Below, piece after piece: positions 1 to 9,750 of a stretch of 64,000 nt of DNA. The number at the start of each line of letters is the position of its first letter. Positions within the stretch are counted from its first letter, which is position 1. Below the pieces are notes generated by a model that saw only the letters and a list, made by a program, of their open reading frames with translations, did no database searches and was not told where the DNA came from. The translations under genes were made by a program, and so were the position numbers. Origin of the DNA: a virus (taxonomy: Duplodnaviria > Caudoviricetes); the IMG/VR virus record IMGVR_UViG_3300049472_000168, positions 74,266 to 138,265 of that record; one strand, 5' to 3'.

Positions 1-338
1 TCCGGCCTGTCCTTCGGCTTGAAAAGCCGGGAGTAGCCCTCGACTCTTGATAACGCCCTGAAGACATCAAAGGCCGATCTCTTCAGGTCTGAACCCAGCA
101 TAGATTGTAGATTAATAACTTGGGATCTGAACTCGATATCTGATTTCAGGTAAACCATGACATGCAGTCTAGGACTATTTGGAGTCGAGGACTTCGAGTG
201 CCAGACCACGAGATGATCGATATCGATAATTCCGAGTTCAGAAGCAAATCTGATCTGAGAATTGAAGGTTTTGATGGCTTCTTCGACCCTAGCTTTATCG
301 GCCTCTAAACTGTAGTTCTGGTATTTTTCATTGGTCAT
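1..338 (-). CDS. hypothetical protein, runs off the window edge (MTNEKYQNYSLE...QSMLGSDLKR...)
   Basis: Manually read open frame from ATG 338 to the window start; abuts the stop of ORF 339..584. Confidence 0.6.
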   Translation of the reverse strand, partial: MTNEKYQNYSLEADKARVEEAIKTFNSQIRFASELGIIDIDHLVVWHSKSSTPNSPRLHVMVYLKSDIEFRSQVINLQSMLGSDLKRSAFDVFRALSRVEGYSRLFKPKDRP

Positions 339-584
339 TTAATTATTCCTTATTCCTTGCAGAGCGAGCAGTCGGTCGTGATAAAATATCTTTCTGTCAG
401 CTAGGGTGCAGTCTGGATTCTGGAGCAGGACCCAACCTTCGGAGGTCTGGACGTAAGTGGAGCCGTCTGAGCTATAGGCGAAAAGCTCGTAAGGTCCCAG
501 AGGCTTAACATTTCTGGTCCAACGCTTGTAGTCCTCGCCACGGATACAAAAAGGAAATCGGTCCGTGATATGAATAAAACTCAT
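339..584 (-). CDS. hypothetical protein
   Basis: ORF tightly packed in a - strand operon. Confidence 0.6.
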   Translation of the reverse strand: MSFIHITDRFPFCIRGEDYKRWTRNVKPLGPYELFAYSSDGSTYVQTSEGWVLLQNPDCTLADRKIFYHDRLLALQGIRNN

Positions 585-712
585 CGACGATACCTAGATT
601 TGAATAGTTCCCATCCGGATTCCCAGGAATCAGCTTTTACCGCAGCATCCACTATATCAATAGTGGTAGGAATCGCAAGAATAATCAGGATGACGAGTCC
701 CAAGGTTTTCAT
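581..712 (-). CDS. small membrane protein (MKTLGLVILIILAIPTT...)
   Basis: Manual translation; ATGA overlaps with both neighbours. Confidence 0.5.
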   Translation of the reverse strand: MKTLGLVILIILAIPTTIDIVDAAVKADSWESGWELFKSRYRR

Positions 713-1002
713 GTTTTGATCTCACCAGTTATCCAGTCAATTCTTGTTTTTTTTGCCGTAGGTATCAATTACAGCATTGACATAAACCAGGCTGGCTTCG
801 GCATAGAGCCTGAGGCCTTCGGCCAAGAGTATTCTTCCTTCGATCCAGAGCTTATCGCCTTCGATTGCCGAAGCGTTGAAGTCAACCCAGAGTTTTTCGG
901 CTTCGGTCTTGAGTTTATGGCCTTCGCCACAAATCCTTTTGCTTTCAGCATAGATTTTTTGTATTGGTCCCAGGCCGCTTCAATTTTTGGATGTTTTTCC
1001 AT
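709..1002 (-). pseudogene. heptad-repeat (EGxKL) family copy 1, frameshifted at two poly-A tracts
   Basis: N-terminus MEKHPKIEAAWDQYK, middle AEGxKL heptads in a second frame, C-terminus IDWITGEIKT back in the first frame; shifts at A6 (955-960) and A8 (747-754). Confidence 0.7.
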
Positions 1003-1008
1003 TTGTTT

Positions 1009-1037
1009 AATATATCGGAAATCCAGAACAGAGTCAA
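1009..1037 (-). promoter_or_regulatory. sigma70-type early promoter, leaderless
   Basis: TTGACT-N17-TATATT-N6-ATG(1002). Confidence 0.8.
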
Positions 1038-1432
1038 CTCTCGATCAGACCTAGAGCAGATTTCTTTTTTTCGACTTCTGCCAGATTTTTGATTCCCTTT
1101 GGATGTGGGGTCTTGAACCCCCAGAAGATTCCAGTAAAGCAGCCTAACCCGACCTCTACACAGGCCAGGAGCCATCCTAGATGGCCTCCGAAATAGATCG
1201 TAGGTATCGCTGCCAGTAATCCAACAGCAGATGTCAATCCCAGCTTGAGTTCAACAGATCTCAGATATCTGGGGTAGTCAGGAGAGACATCATTTACACA
1301 TCTATCGCAGAGGGTCCAAGTATGGGGTTTTTCTGGATCCAAGGAACGCAGGTCTCTGGCATCGCTGTAGCCACAGATTTCACATCGTATCTTGTAGATC
1401 TGGTTCCATGTCTCAATTTTTACGTGTTTCAT
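1034..1432 (-). CDS. Zn-finger plus two-TM membrane protein
   Basis: CEIC...CDRC followed by two hydrophobic segments. Confidence 0.6.
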   Translation of the reverse strand: MKHVKIETWNQIYKIRCEICGYSDARDLRSLDPEKPHTWTLCDRCVNDVSPDYPRYLRSVELKLGLTSAVGLLAAIPTIYFGGHLGWLLACVEVGLGCFTGIFWGFKTPHPKGIKNLAEVEKKKSALGLIES

Positions 1433-2909
1433 GTTTCCCTTCCACCCAGGTCAGGTGGGATTTGGCACGAGTGATTCCGACGTATGCAATATTCTGCTCC
1501 TCATTCACATCAGGACCCCAGCTATGCTTGAAGGTGTGTTGAATCAGGTAGACACGGTCCCATTCAAGCCCCTTCGCCTTGTGAACCGAACTCAGAACAA
1601 CAGCAGGCCTCGGATTGTTGTCGGAGTCCTCGAACAATGAGGACAGTCTAGTACCGATTTCAGATGTAGAGGTTGACACCTCGGCAAGGGCTTTCAAGGT
1701 CTGGGCCTGGTCCTCGATCAAGTTGATCTTGTCCCGGTACTGATCCGAATCCGGGTTGCCATGGGTTTTGCTGATCTTATTTGCTGCCCAGGTATCCAGA
1801 GCCAGGATATAGCTTTCGATTTCCTTGGCATTGATTTTGCCGTGGATGGCCCCAAGAGTCTTCCCGATATCCCGGCCCTCGATGTAGGCTCGCTTGCCGC
1901 TACGGATGAACTCCAGACACAGCGTCATCAGAGGGGCATTTTTGCGACTAACAATGGCCTCTCCAGGCTTTGCTGTGATCGAGACCTTAGAGATATCGAG
2001 ACTATCTACAGTACCATCCGGAGCCGAATCCGCTGCGCGATAATCAGGGACCAAGATCTTAGCCAAATTAACCACCGCCTTAGGGCATCGATAGGTCGTG
2101 GTCAGAGGAAAGACCTTCGCCTTCAACGTGGCCTTGAGGCGCTCCATGCCACGGACATCGGCTCCACGGAAGCTGTAGATGGCTTGGCGAGGGTCACCGA
2201 TCAAAACGATGCGGCCACGGGGCTTGCAGGCCCTCTGGGCCATGAGAAGCTGCGTCGAATTCATGTCCTGGGCCTCATCGACGACGACCAAGTCAAACCA
2301 CGGTCGCACCCACTTCATAACAACTGGCAACCAGAGCTGGTCGTCAAAGCTGATTCGGCCCCGAGGGTCTTGCTTCTTCGAGGCTTCCAGAACCTTGGCA
2401 GCAATGACGCAACACATCTCGGTGGTCCAGCCTTCGCGTTCTGCGTTTCCTTCTGGTTCCAATCCACGAGCATTGGCCATGTTGACCAGGTCCTGGTATG
2501 ACGCAAAGGCGCAGGTGTTCTTTGCGAAGCTGACGATATCCTTGATGACAACCGTTGGCTTCGTATTGAAGCGACGGAAGCCATCGGATTTAAGGGCCTC
2601 CTCGATTCGGTCAAAATCGATGGAGTCATCAGGTTTGGCATTCTTCCAGTTCTGGAGAACAAAGCGGTAGCCGAGACCGTTCAGAGACAGAACCTGAGTC
2701 TTGGGGTCTTTGATCTTGAGCTTGGCTTCATTTACATTTTTTCGGTTGAATGCGAGGTAGACCTTTTTCTCTTCAGGAGCCAGGCCCATACCTTCTTTTA
2801 CGGTAGTCGTCTTGCCGGTACCAGCACGGGCCTCGACCATGAAATGGGAGGTTCCTGTTCGGAATTCCTCGAAAATGGCGTTTTGCTCATCAGACCACAT
2901 CGTTTTCAT
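1413..2909 (-). CDS. UvrD/Rep-like superfamily 1 DNA helicase
   Basis: ARAGTGKTT (motif I), VDEAQD (II), GDPRQAIYSFRGA (III), TYRCP, SVHKAKGLEW (V), YVGITRAK (VI). Confidence 0.95.
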   Translation of the reverse strand: MKTMWSDEQNAIFEEFRTGTSHFMVEARAGTGKTTTVKEGMGLAPEEKKVYLAFNRKNVNEAKLKIKDPKTQVLSLNGLGYRFVLQNWKNAKPDDSIDFDRIEEALKSDGFRRFNTKPTVVIKDIVSFAKNTCAFASYQDLVNMANARGLEPEGNAEREGWTTEMCCVIAAKVLEASKKQDPRGRISFDDQLWLPVVMKWVRPWFDLVVVDEAQDMNSTQLLMAQRACKPRGRIVLIGDPRQAIYSFRGADVRGMERLKATLKAKVFPLTTTYRCPKAVVNLAKILVPDYRAADSAPDGTVDSLDISKVSITAKPGEAIVSRKNAPLMTLCLEFIRSGKRAYIEGRDIGKTLGAIHGKINAKEIESYILALDTWAANKISKTHGNPDSDQYRDKINLIEDQAQTLKALAEVSTSTSEIGTRLSSLFEDSDNNPRPAVVLSSVHKAKGLEWDRVYLIQHTFKHSWGPDVNEEQNIAYVGITRAKSHLTWVEGKHETRKN

Positions 2910-2915
2910 GAAATA

Positions 2916-2944
2916 ATTATATCGATTCTACCGAATGTTGTCAA
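2916..2944 (-). promoter_or_regulatory. sigma70 consensus promoter, leaderless
   Basis: TTGACA-N17-TATAAT-N6-ATG(2909). Confidence 0.9.
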
Positions 2945-2959
2945 CAATAAATGGGCCCC

Positions 2960-2965
2960 AATCTT
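2960..2965 (+). promoter_or_regulatory. AATCTT putative late promoter element
   Basis: AATCTT-N6-ATG(2972); recurs before + strand genes. Confidence 0.65.
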
Positions 2966-2971
2966 TTAGGC

Positions 2972-3271
2972 ATGAATATTCCTAGTGGTCAGGTGTCATA
3001 TCGTAAGAAGATAGGTAGATCTGCGTCTGGAGATGTCTTCGGTATCGGAACTATAGGCGGATTGCACCTCGTCGTAGCGGCTAGGTCTGGGTCCAAAATG
3101 GAAACCCTCGGCGCAGGTAGCCATCCCGGTATTGCCAGGCATCTTGCTAAAAAGTTCGATACCACAGTTGAATTTACCGAACTCAATAAATCCGAAACTT
3201 TAGAACTGCGTCATTTCGAGGATTTATTGCCGGGGTACGAAGAACTCACCCTACAGCTTCGCAATGGATAA
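2972..3271 (+). CDS. hypothetical virion-associated protein
   Basis: Start chosen at the ATG after AATCTT; contains LNKSE motif; overlaps next gene. Confidence 0.6.
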   Translation: MNIPSGQVSYRKKIGRSASGDVFGIGTIGGLHLVVAARSGSKMETLGAGSHPGIARHLAKKFDTTVEFTELNKSETLELRHFEDLLPGYEELTLQLRNG

Positions 3272-4100
3272 AGTCAAGACTGAGATCCAAGATGTCCTGA
3301 CGATGGATATCCCGTCAGGGCTATCTAGCGCATTTGATATCGATGCGTTTGACGACGCCATCGAGGCCCACGGGGTCAGGTTTGTCCATTACCGTGGGAT
3401 GCGTAACCCCGTAGGGATGATCGATAAATTCGATTCCAGACGACCTGATGCCGATCATAGTGGCGCCTCCAACGGATTGATTTATACCAAAGCCGGATGT
3501 TTCAGCGCCTTATTCACCGGCAATTCCAAGACTCTGAGGTCTATGGAAGGTGGCTACATCAATGCGGCAACAGCCCAGTTGACACCGACCCGGAAATACA
3601 GGAACTGTGAAGATTTTGTTTACTTGGCCCCGATGGACAGGCTCTACCTCGAAGAGGAAACCGTATTAGTTAGTCACCAGCAACTGGTAGATGCCCATGA
3701 GACCGGGGTCGATAAATTGAAGTTCCCTGCTGAACGGGTCCAGGACATCGTAGACGCCACCAATACCAGATATAGTTCCTCTGACTACGTACTGGAAAAT
3801 GGTCAGATCCGATGGACAACCCAGAACAGGCCGGGAACCAACCCAGAGACCGGCAAAGGCAAGGTCTATGCGGTTAGATACCTTTACCGCCCGTTTTGGT
3901 ATATCGATAGACTGATTCACGAGGTCAGGGTCTCTCAGCAGGAGAATCCAATTACAGGAGAAACCAGAGCGGTAAGAATGCCGCAATCCGCTGTTGTCCA
4001 GCGGGAATACGTGTATGAATCGGAGCCCCAAGATCCTGAGGCTCCAGAATCTCCACGACAACAGAAGTCCCCTCGTTCAGGAGGCTTCGGTCCACGATAA
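3264..4100 (+). CDS. putative head-tail connector/neck protein
   Basis: FDDAIEAHGVRFVHYRGM N-terminus and YAVRYLYRP segment resemble myovirus neck proteins; + strand structural context. Confidence 0.5.
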   Translation: MDKVKTEIQDVLTMDIPSGLSSAFDIDAFDDAIEAHGVRFVHYRGMRNPVGMIDKFDSRRPDADHSGASNGLIYTKAGCFSALFTGNSKTLRSMEGGYINAATAQLTPTRKYRNCEDFVYLAPMDRLYLEEETVLVSHQQLVDAHETGVDKLKFPAERVQDIVDATNTRYSSSDYVLENGQIRWTTQNRPGTNPETGKGKVYAVRYLYRPFWYIDRLIHEVRVSQQENPITGETRAVRMPQSAVVQREYVYESEPQDPEAPESPRQQKSPRSGGFGPR

Positions 4101-4879
4101 TGACAGACAAAGATAAATTCTTGGCCGCCACCATCGGGCTCAGAGGTCTGAGTGCTTTAGAGACTTTGTCCAAGGCGTCACCAGACCTCGAAGCCTATTT
4201 GCCGGTCAGAACAGTTATTTCTTGGATCCAAGAGGTCCAGGACTGGTCTGGTCCGATTCCTGGTACCGATTCCGTTGCTGACTTCAAGAAATCCTTAGGG
4301 GCCTGGTACGGCACCGTTGGAGTCGGAGATTCTAGTTACCTCCTCGATAGCTCCGATATCGGTTCAGTGGCTGCGGCTATTTGTTGCAGTATCGGGGCGG
4401 CCCCGGGTAGACCCGAACTCAGGGATATCGATATCGCTAGACTAGGCAAAACCATTGATGCCTTGGTTAAGGCCACGTCTGGAGCCAAAGGACTAGCCGC
4501 CGCTCCTCTGGGACACACCGACAAAATTCCTCCGACTCTGAAGGCCCCTGATACCGATAACAAAAAATCTGACAAAAAGAAACCAAAGAAACCCGTGATT
4601 CCAAAACCACAGGCCCCAAAGGTTCCTCTAGACCTGACCGCTGAGGTCGAAGTCGCCAAGACCCCAAAGATGAAGCTGACTCTGTCCGAGGCTAAAACCA
4701 GGTGTCAGCTCTGCAATATCCCCCAGTTTGTTTCCAATAAATTTGTCGGCTGCTACTGCTTCAGAGACCTAGCCAAATCCGTACGGACTACCGAGATCCC
4801 CGGAGGCCTAGAAATTACACTAAAGGGCTGGGACGAGGACGCCACGATTACTTTGAGAGAGGCCCTAAAACATGAGTAA
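4100..4879 (+). CDS. hypothetical protein with K/P-rich linker and C-terminal Zn ribbon
   Basis: CQLC...CYCF; several LxK[AS] motifs. Confidence 0.7.
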   Translation: MTDKDKFLAATIGLRGLSALETLSKASPDLEAYLPVRTVISWIQEVQDWSGPIPGTDSVADFKKSLGAWYGTVGVGDSSYLLDSSDIGSVAAAICCSIGAAPGRPELRDIDIARLGKTIDALVKATSGAKGLAAAPLGHTDKIPPTLKAPDTDNKKSDKKKPKKPVIPKPQAPKVPLDLTAEVEVAKTPKMKLTLSEAKTRCQLCNIPQFVSNKFVGCYCFRDLAKSVRTTEIPGGLEITLKGWDEDATITLREALKHE

Positions 4880-5348
4880 TGACACGGCTTTGGTGTGGAA
4901 CAAGAGATTTCCGATTCTAGATGAATCGCATCAACACGACCTGGATGCCAGGGCGGCGGTGAACGAGTTCAAGAACAGGCTTCCTCGACAGGTTGCCGAG
5001 GAACGAGCCCACAAGGATTATATGAGGGAGCACGCCATTGCGGCAGCGGCCCATCATCTTCTTGGTGTCAGGGCTAGTCATGCCAGTGGCCACGACGAAG
5101 CCGCAGCGAAGCATGGCGAGGCTTATGCTGGAGCAATGAAGGCAGCGGGGCTAGACCCTTTCGGTGCTCCCCATGAGGATATCTTGAATCATATCAAGGC
5201 GAATAAGCCCGAAGTCTACAGCTTTAAGGCACATCCGGCAGATCAGCTCTTTACCCCAGAACACAGGGAACCGGACGAAGCCGATACCCATATCCAGAAA
5301 CTGCTGGAGGGGCTAGGGTCTCTACGACAGAGACTTACCTCTAAATAG
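4872..5348 (+). CDS. hypothetical helical His/Ala-rich protein
   Basis: ORF overlapping the upstream gene. Confidence 0.7.
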   Translation: MSNDTALVWNKRFPILDESHQHDLDARAAVNEFKNRLPRQVAEERAHKDYMREHAIAAAAHHLLGVRASHASGHDEAAAKHGEAYAGAMKAAGLDPFGAPHEDILNHIKANKPEVYSFKAHPADQLFTPEHREPDEADTHIQKLLEGLGSLRQRLTSK

Positions 5349-5556
5349 AGGGCATCTCTTGATATCAAGGTCCGTGGTTATCTGATATTTGCCACCGACC
5401 AAATCGATATTAGCAGACATCTTTTTTCCACAGACCCGACACCTGCAACAGACTATGCCTTGTTGCGGTTGGGATCTAACGAATTCGACAAAGACCGAAT
5501 CATCGACGACATGACCGAACTCTAAGGTCTGAGACATGATGAGGTCTCTGATGTAT

Positions 5557-5967
5557 TCAGGAGACTTTTTCACTTTGTCGGGCTTCCGCTTTGATCTGGG
5601 TGTCAACCATCCATTCGCCGCAGTACTTCACGATGTCTGCCATGGCTTCAATCATAAGTGCTCTTGAAGCAAAGACATCGGTTTCGACAACCTTGCCCAT
5701 GACGTTGTCACAGACAGCCCTAATGCTGGATGCCTGTCTATTGGCTTCTTTTAGGACCCAGCTCGGATTCTTTCCGATGACGCAACAGATCACAGATGCC
5801 GTATCTCGTTGGAATTCCTCTAGTCTGTAGTCTATCTTTTCGTTCAGCGCAATCATGATTTCGAGGTAATCCTTTTTAAACCCCTCCTGTTTTGAGGCCG
5901 GAATTTCTGCTGCCAGTCGTTCGGCATTGGCTTCAAGGATTTTGACTTTTTCTGGGTCTAGTGGCAT
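5557..5967 (-). CDS. hypothetical protein
   Basis: GGAG SD before ATG 5967; TTGACA box near 6008-6013. Confidence 0.6.
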   Translation of the reverse strand: MPLDPEKVKILEANAERLAAEIPASKQEGFKKDYLEIMIALNEKIDYRLEEFQRDTASVICCVIGKNPSWVLKEANRQASSIRAVCDNVMGKVVETDVFASRALMIEAMADIVKYCGEWMVDTQIKAEARQSEKVS

Positions 5968-6041
5968 CTGGCTCCTGTTATAGAACATACCAAATAATCG
6001 CGTAGTGTGTCAAGTGGTGTACGGCTTGATGAGGAGGGCGA

Positions 6042-6278
6042 TCATTTCCAGACGCCTCCGGTTGTGAGTTCAATTTTGTCGTCTGTCTCCCTGAAGAATC
6101 CAATATTGGGGTCATTTGTATAGGTCGGGAGGTTTGGATCCAGATTAGCAGGTTCTACATACCAGAAGACCGGTCCCCAAGGGGTTGGAATGTACTTAGG
6201 AGCGGGGGTAGGAGCAGGGGCGACTTTGCCCGCAACAAAAACCGCAGCCAGCCGACTGAAAAGACTTCGACGATTCAT
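6042..6278 (-). CDS. small protein with Tat-like N-terminus (MNRRSLF)
   Basis: RRxLF motif followed by a hydrophobic stretch. Confidence 0.5.
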   Translation of the reverse strand: MNRRSLFSRLAAVFVAGKVAPAPTPAPKYIPTPWGPVFWYVEPANLDPNLPTYTNDPNIGFFRETDDKIELTTGGVWK

Positions 6279-6517
6279 AGCATTTCCTCCGGCAATATCG
6301 CCCTTGCCACCGCAACCAGCGTATCGATAGCTTTATCGAGAGTAGCGGAATTCTCCCTACATCTGTAGATATTGCAATCGGCCTTGGTTTTCTTGTACTG
6401 CATGGCTCGTGATAAAAGTTCGTAACGTACAGCTTCGCGTTCAGAACGAGGTCTTTTCAGGATTTCTCTGAATTCATCGACTCCGTATTCTTCTTGTTCT
6501 GGTGTTAACTGATCCAT
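6275..6517 (-). CDS. hypothetical protein
   Basis: Operonic ORF. Confidence 0.55.
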   Translation of the reverse strand: MDQLTPEQEEYGVDEFREILKRPRSEREAVRYELLSRAMQYKKTKADCNIYRCRENSATLDKAIDTLVAVARAILPEEML

Positions 6518-6519
6518 GG

Positions 6520-7728
6520 CTACCCCTGATAATCTCTAATTGCCTTGCCGATTGGGAGATAAGGAATATTGTCGGAGGTCATCCTCTTGTAGGTGACTGT
6601 AAGCTGCTTGCCCTTCCACAGTTCTGGCTTCTCCAGAAGCTCCCTGCGATATGCATAGGTACCTTTTAGTCTTGGATAGAACTCTTTGCCTTCTGAGGTC
6701 ACACAAGTAAAGGTCCCTGCGGTTCCAGCATCTTTGCCTCTGCCCTCGTTGACACCAACGATCTTGAATTCGTCATCCTGGAACGGCTTCATCTTTTGGA
6801 GGTTCTTCGACCTCTTGTCACATTCGTAGGGAGCCGCAGAATTACGGGCCATGGCCCCTTCGTATTCTTGGTCCAAAAAGTTGTCATAGAATTTCACTAG
6901 AGTTTCTAGGTCCTGGACTCTGTGAGTTCTGACGAGCTGGACAATGTCGTCGTCGCTGGGCAGGATGTGAGTTGAGGTGCGACGAGGAATAATATCAATC
7001 AAGGCCGCAAATCTTGACTTAAATGGAGTCGTCTCAGTTACGACGTGGTTCTCAGTCGAGATGTCGATACAGTCATAGACGTGGTACTGCATCACCTTGT
7101 AAAGCCCCTCGGCATCAGGAGCATCCTTACGTAGAATCGAGATCAAATCCTCGAAGCTATTTCGGTAGTCGTGGTTGTAGAGTTCGCCATCCAGGACAAC
7201 TATGCCACCAGGAAATCTGGCTTCCAGCTCCGCAACGATATGAGGAACCGTTTTGATCGGCTTCCTCGTCCTGGACCACAACGTACATTTGCCGTTGTCA
7301 ATAACAGCGATGCACCTCATACCATCTAACTTGGGCTGGACGTAACAAGGAAACTCGATGCGCTTCTCCAGTTCGTCATCCTTAGGGAACGACTTGTTCG
7401 GAGCCAGCATGGGGGCGTAGCCGCCCAGAATCACGGTATCATCGACTTTGTCCGATACCGCGTCATCGATATTCTCGACGTAGCCTTTCTTCTTCTGCTT
7501 TAACCAGCGGGATTGTGCTTCGTTGGCGGCTTGTTCTTCTGCTGATGTCGAATTCTTTTTATTTAGGTTTTTGCCTGTAGTAATGGTTTCCTTGAGATAC
7601 TGCTTCTTGCCGTCGATGTGACCGAATTCGACGTGAATCGTGGAGTCTGTGACCCAAATCTTCCACTCCTGAATAGCCGAGGTCTGGGTTTTTTGGAATA
7701 GAACAGGGAATGACAATTTCATCAGCAA
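6520..7728 (-). CDS. ATP-dependent DNA ligase with WGR-like N-terminal domain
   Basis: PMLA, QPKLDGMRC (motif I), LDGELY, YHVYD, EGAMAR, LQKMK and C-terminal OB fold. Confidence 0.93.
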   Translation of the reverse strand: MLMKLSFPVLFQKTQTSAIQEWKIWVTDSTIHVEFGHIDGKKQYLKETITTGKNLNKKNSTSAEEQAANEAQSRWLKQKKKGYVENIDDAVSDKVDDTVILGGYAPMLAPNKSFPKDDELEKRIEFPCYVQPKLDGMRCIAVIDNGKCTLWSRTRKPIKTVPHIVAELEARFPGGIVVLDGELYNHDYRNSFEDLISILRKDAPDAEGLYKVMQYHVYDCIDISTENHVVTETTPFKSRFAALIDIIPRRTSTHILPSDDDIVQLVRTHRVQDLETLVKFYDNFLDQEYEGAMARNSAAPYECDKRSKNLQKMKPFQDDEFKIVGVNEGRGKDAGTAGTFTCVTSEGKEFYPRLKGTYAYRRELLEKPELWKGKQLTVTYKRMTSDNIPYLPIGKAIRDYQG

Positions 7729-8000
7729 TTACCTTTGCATTGGACAGAATTGAAACCGACATAGGCCGGTCCTTTACACTTCGGACATGTATGTGGAAAC
7801 TCAGGATCGACTGTGGATGTCGGACTCATATCGACATCAATCTTGATGAATTTAATAGGGGTAGGGAGGGATATCTTGTACCAACCCTTCTCCATAGCAT
7901 CGATGAGGTCCTGCATTGTGTTGATTGCCATTTTAGGTCTTTCTAAGAATTTGCCACCACTGTAGGTATATATTTTGTATGGGACGCCAGAGATTAGCAT
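7722..8000 (-). CDS. small Zn-ribbon protein
   Basis: CPKC...C..C. Confidence 0.5.
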   Translation of the reverse strand: MLISGVPYKIYTYSGGKFLERPKMAINTMQDLIDAMEKGWYKISLPTPIKFIKIDVDMSPTSTVDPEFPHTCPKCKGPAYVGFNSVQCKGNC

Positions 8001-8009
8001 TGTGGGTCT

Positions 8010-8612
8010 TTATTCCCGAAAGGATACGTCTACAACAAAGATACAACGGATATCAACAGGCAGCTCAAGATACCATTCATCAAATCTGTCCAGTAGGGCT
8101 GTGGCTTCTAGATCTCCGAGTGATGTCGGAATGCTTATCCTAAGTTCCCTGCCGCCTTGTACGATCTCAAGCTTGGGTCTTTCCTGTAATTCAAACAACG
8201 AGTAAATCCGTTTTGCAGCTTCAAAAAGGGCGTCCAGTAGTTTGTCGTTCGGGAAAAACCCCCACAAATCCCTGATATCGGATGGGGCGATGTTGTAGAA
8301 GTACCAAAACTCATGGAATTGACGTAAGCTAAGGGCTAAGGTACCGTTTGTAGTCAGGGTTACGGGATCTTTGGTGATGAACCCTCCGTCATAATTAGGA
8401 ACGATATACTCTTCTTTAGGAGGACTCAGGCACCCAATGGACGCCACAAGAGTCGCCTCGTATTCATCAGGAGACATAAAATCAACCCAAGGCCTTTTGA
8501 ATTTTTCCTTGACCAACTCTGCTCCTTGCCTGATGTGTTCCTCGGTTAGAGCGACTCCCTCCATTGGCTTGGGGTCTGTTGTCGTCCTGTCTATTCCTGA
8601 AAAATCATCCAT
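8010..8612 (-). CDS. hypothetical protein
   Basis: 200-aa operonic ORF. Confidence 0.6.
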   Translation of the reverse strand: MDDFSGIDRTTTDPKPMEGVALTEEHIRQGAELVKEKFKRPWVDFMSPDEYEATLVASIGCLSPPKEEYIVPNYDGGFITKDPVTLTTNGTLALSLRQFHEFWYFYNIAPSDIRDLWGFFPNDKLLDALFEAAKRIYSLFELQERPKLEIVQGGRELRISIPTSLGDLEATALLDRFDEWYLELPVDIRCIFVVDVSFRE

Positions 8613-9343
8613 GTTTCACCTGCTCGAATGTTACTTCACCGGTCCTCAGATCCTCGATATAAGCTGTTAACCTGCCGCCGAAGCAGCATCCTGTATCGAT
8701 ACCAAAGGTGTTGTTTGAAATAACAGGATTCTCCAGGCTACCGACGTTGTGGCCATAGACCACTCTACCAATGTTATTGGTTTCTGTCCAGAATACTGAG
8801 TCCTTTGGCTGCTCGAAATCCTCTCCCAAGCTGGCAGGAACCCAGACTCCATTCTTCTGTTTTAGATATCTGTTATGGACTAGGTTGATGACTTTTTGAT
8901 CCAGAGGGTCCTTGGGCAGAAACCCGGCATGAGTAATCCAGGTGCCGTTGACATTTATTACGCCGTGGCCGTTGCCCATCCATTCGATGTGTTCTGGAGT
9001 CAGGCCAAAATGCATCCTATTAAATTCGGTCCCTCTCCAAAAAACACCAGTTCTACGGTATCTGACATGCTTCATGTCGTGATTCCCGACGCAGAACAAC
9101 GTGCTTCCTGGAGGTCTATTAGACTCCATTTCCATCAGCAAACTGATGACTTCGGCAGATTTTGGACCCCTATCGACGTAGTCTCCTGCAAAAACGACCA
9201 AATCAGTATCAGCCACTACGAGATTGGTGATGAGATCGATGGTTTCGATTAAGCCAGCCATGGATATCCCCTATCACTATAAGTCTGGAGTATTCCTGGG
9301 CCCCTACATATTTGACTACTGGTGGTGAATTAAAAGAGGTCAA
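8605..9343 (-). pseudogene. calcineurin-like metallophosphoesterase (Ser/Thr phosphatase/ApaH-like), frameshifted after the GDIHG motif
   Basis: GDYVDRG, GNHD, THAG, VYGH and IDTGC lie in ORF 8605..9261; LIVIGDIHG lies in another frame starting at TTG 9343; an apparent extra G near 9254. Confidence 0.85.
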
Positions 9344-9346
9344 TCA

Positions 9347-9694
9347 TTATTCTCCACGAAGATAGTCGTCATAGCTGTAGTCTTCTTCGAGGTACTGATG
9401 ACGGTCTACAGCTTCCATCTGGGTCTTGAAATCTTCAAGATTGCTGGAGTCCAGGCTCCAGCGGGTTTCATCTAGGGCTGAGACAACCTCTCTCTTGAAA
9501 TTTTCGGCGTAGAGGTCGGCAAAACTAGGCCCGAACTCGGCGGTCAGGATAGACCTAGAGAGGTGTTCCGGCTCGGACCCGTTGTAGCCCCAATCAAAAG
9601 GCTCCCCGCGCTCCATAGGTGTCAAAGGCCTCCCATTGATGGTTACGACTGCTTTGCCGTAGATCCTGCGACCGGTATAAGTATTCGATGACAT
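9347..9694 (-). CDS. hypothetical protein (DUF6166-like)
   Basis: FDWGYNGSEPEHLSRSIL motif. Confidence 0.6.
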   Translation of the reverse strand: MSSNTYTGRRIYGKAVVTINGRPLTPMERGEPFDWGYNGSEPEHLSRSILTAEFGPSFADLYAENFKREVVSALDETRWSLDSSNLEDFKTQMEAVDRHQYLEEDYSYDDYLRGE

Positions 9695-9700
9695 GATTCA

Positions 9701-9729
9701 TAAATACCACGATTTATTAATGAAGTCAA
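9701..9729 (-). promoter_or_regulatory. sigma70-type promoter, leaderless
   Basis: TTGACT-N17-TATTTA-N6-ATG(9694). Confidence 0.7.
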
Positions 9730-9737
9730 GGGATACC

Positions 9738-9743
9738 AATCTT
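9738..9743 (+). promoter_or_regulatory. AATCTT putative late element
   Basis: AATCTT-N7-ATG(9751). Confidence 0.6.
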
Positions 9744-9750
9744 TCCTGGG

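Noticed and set aside
1431-2670. Plus-strand ORFs 1761..2501 and 2179..2670, and similar antisense ORFs over the sheath, fibre and ligase genes
   Set aside because: Shadow frames opposite well-supported genes, with no motifs or expression signals
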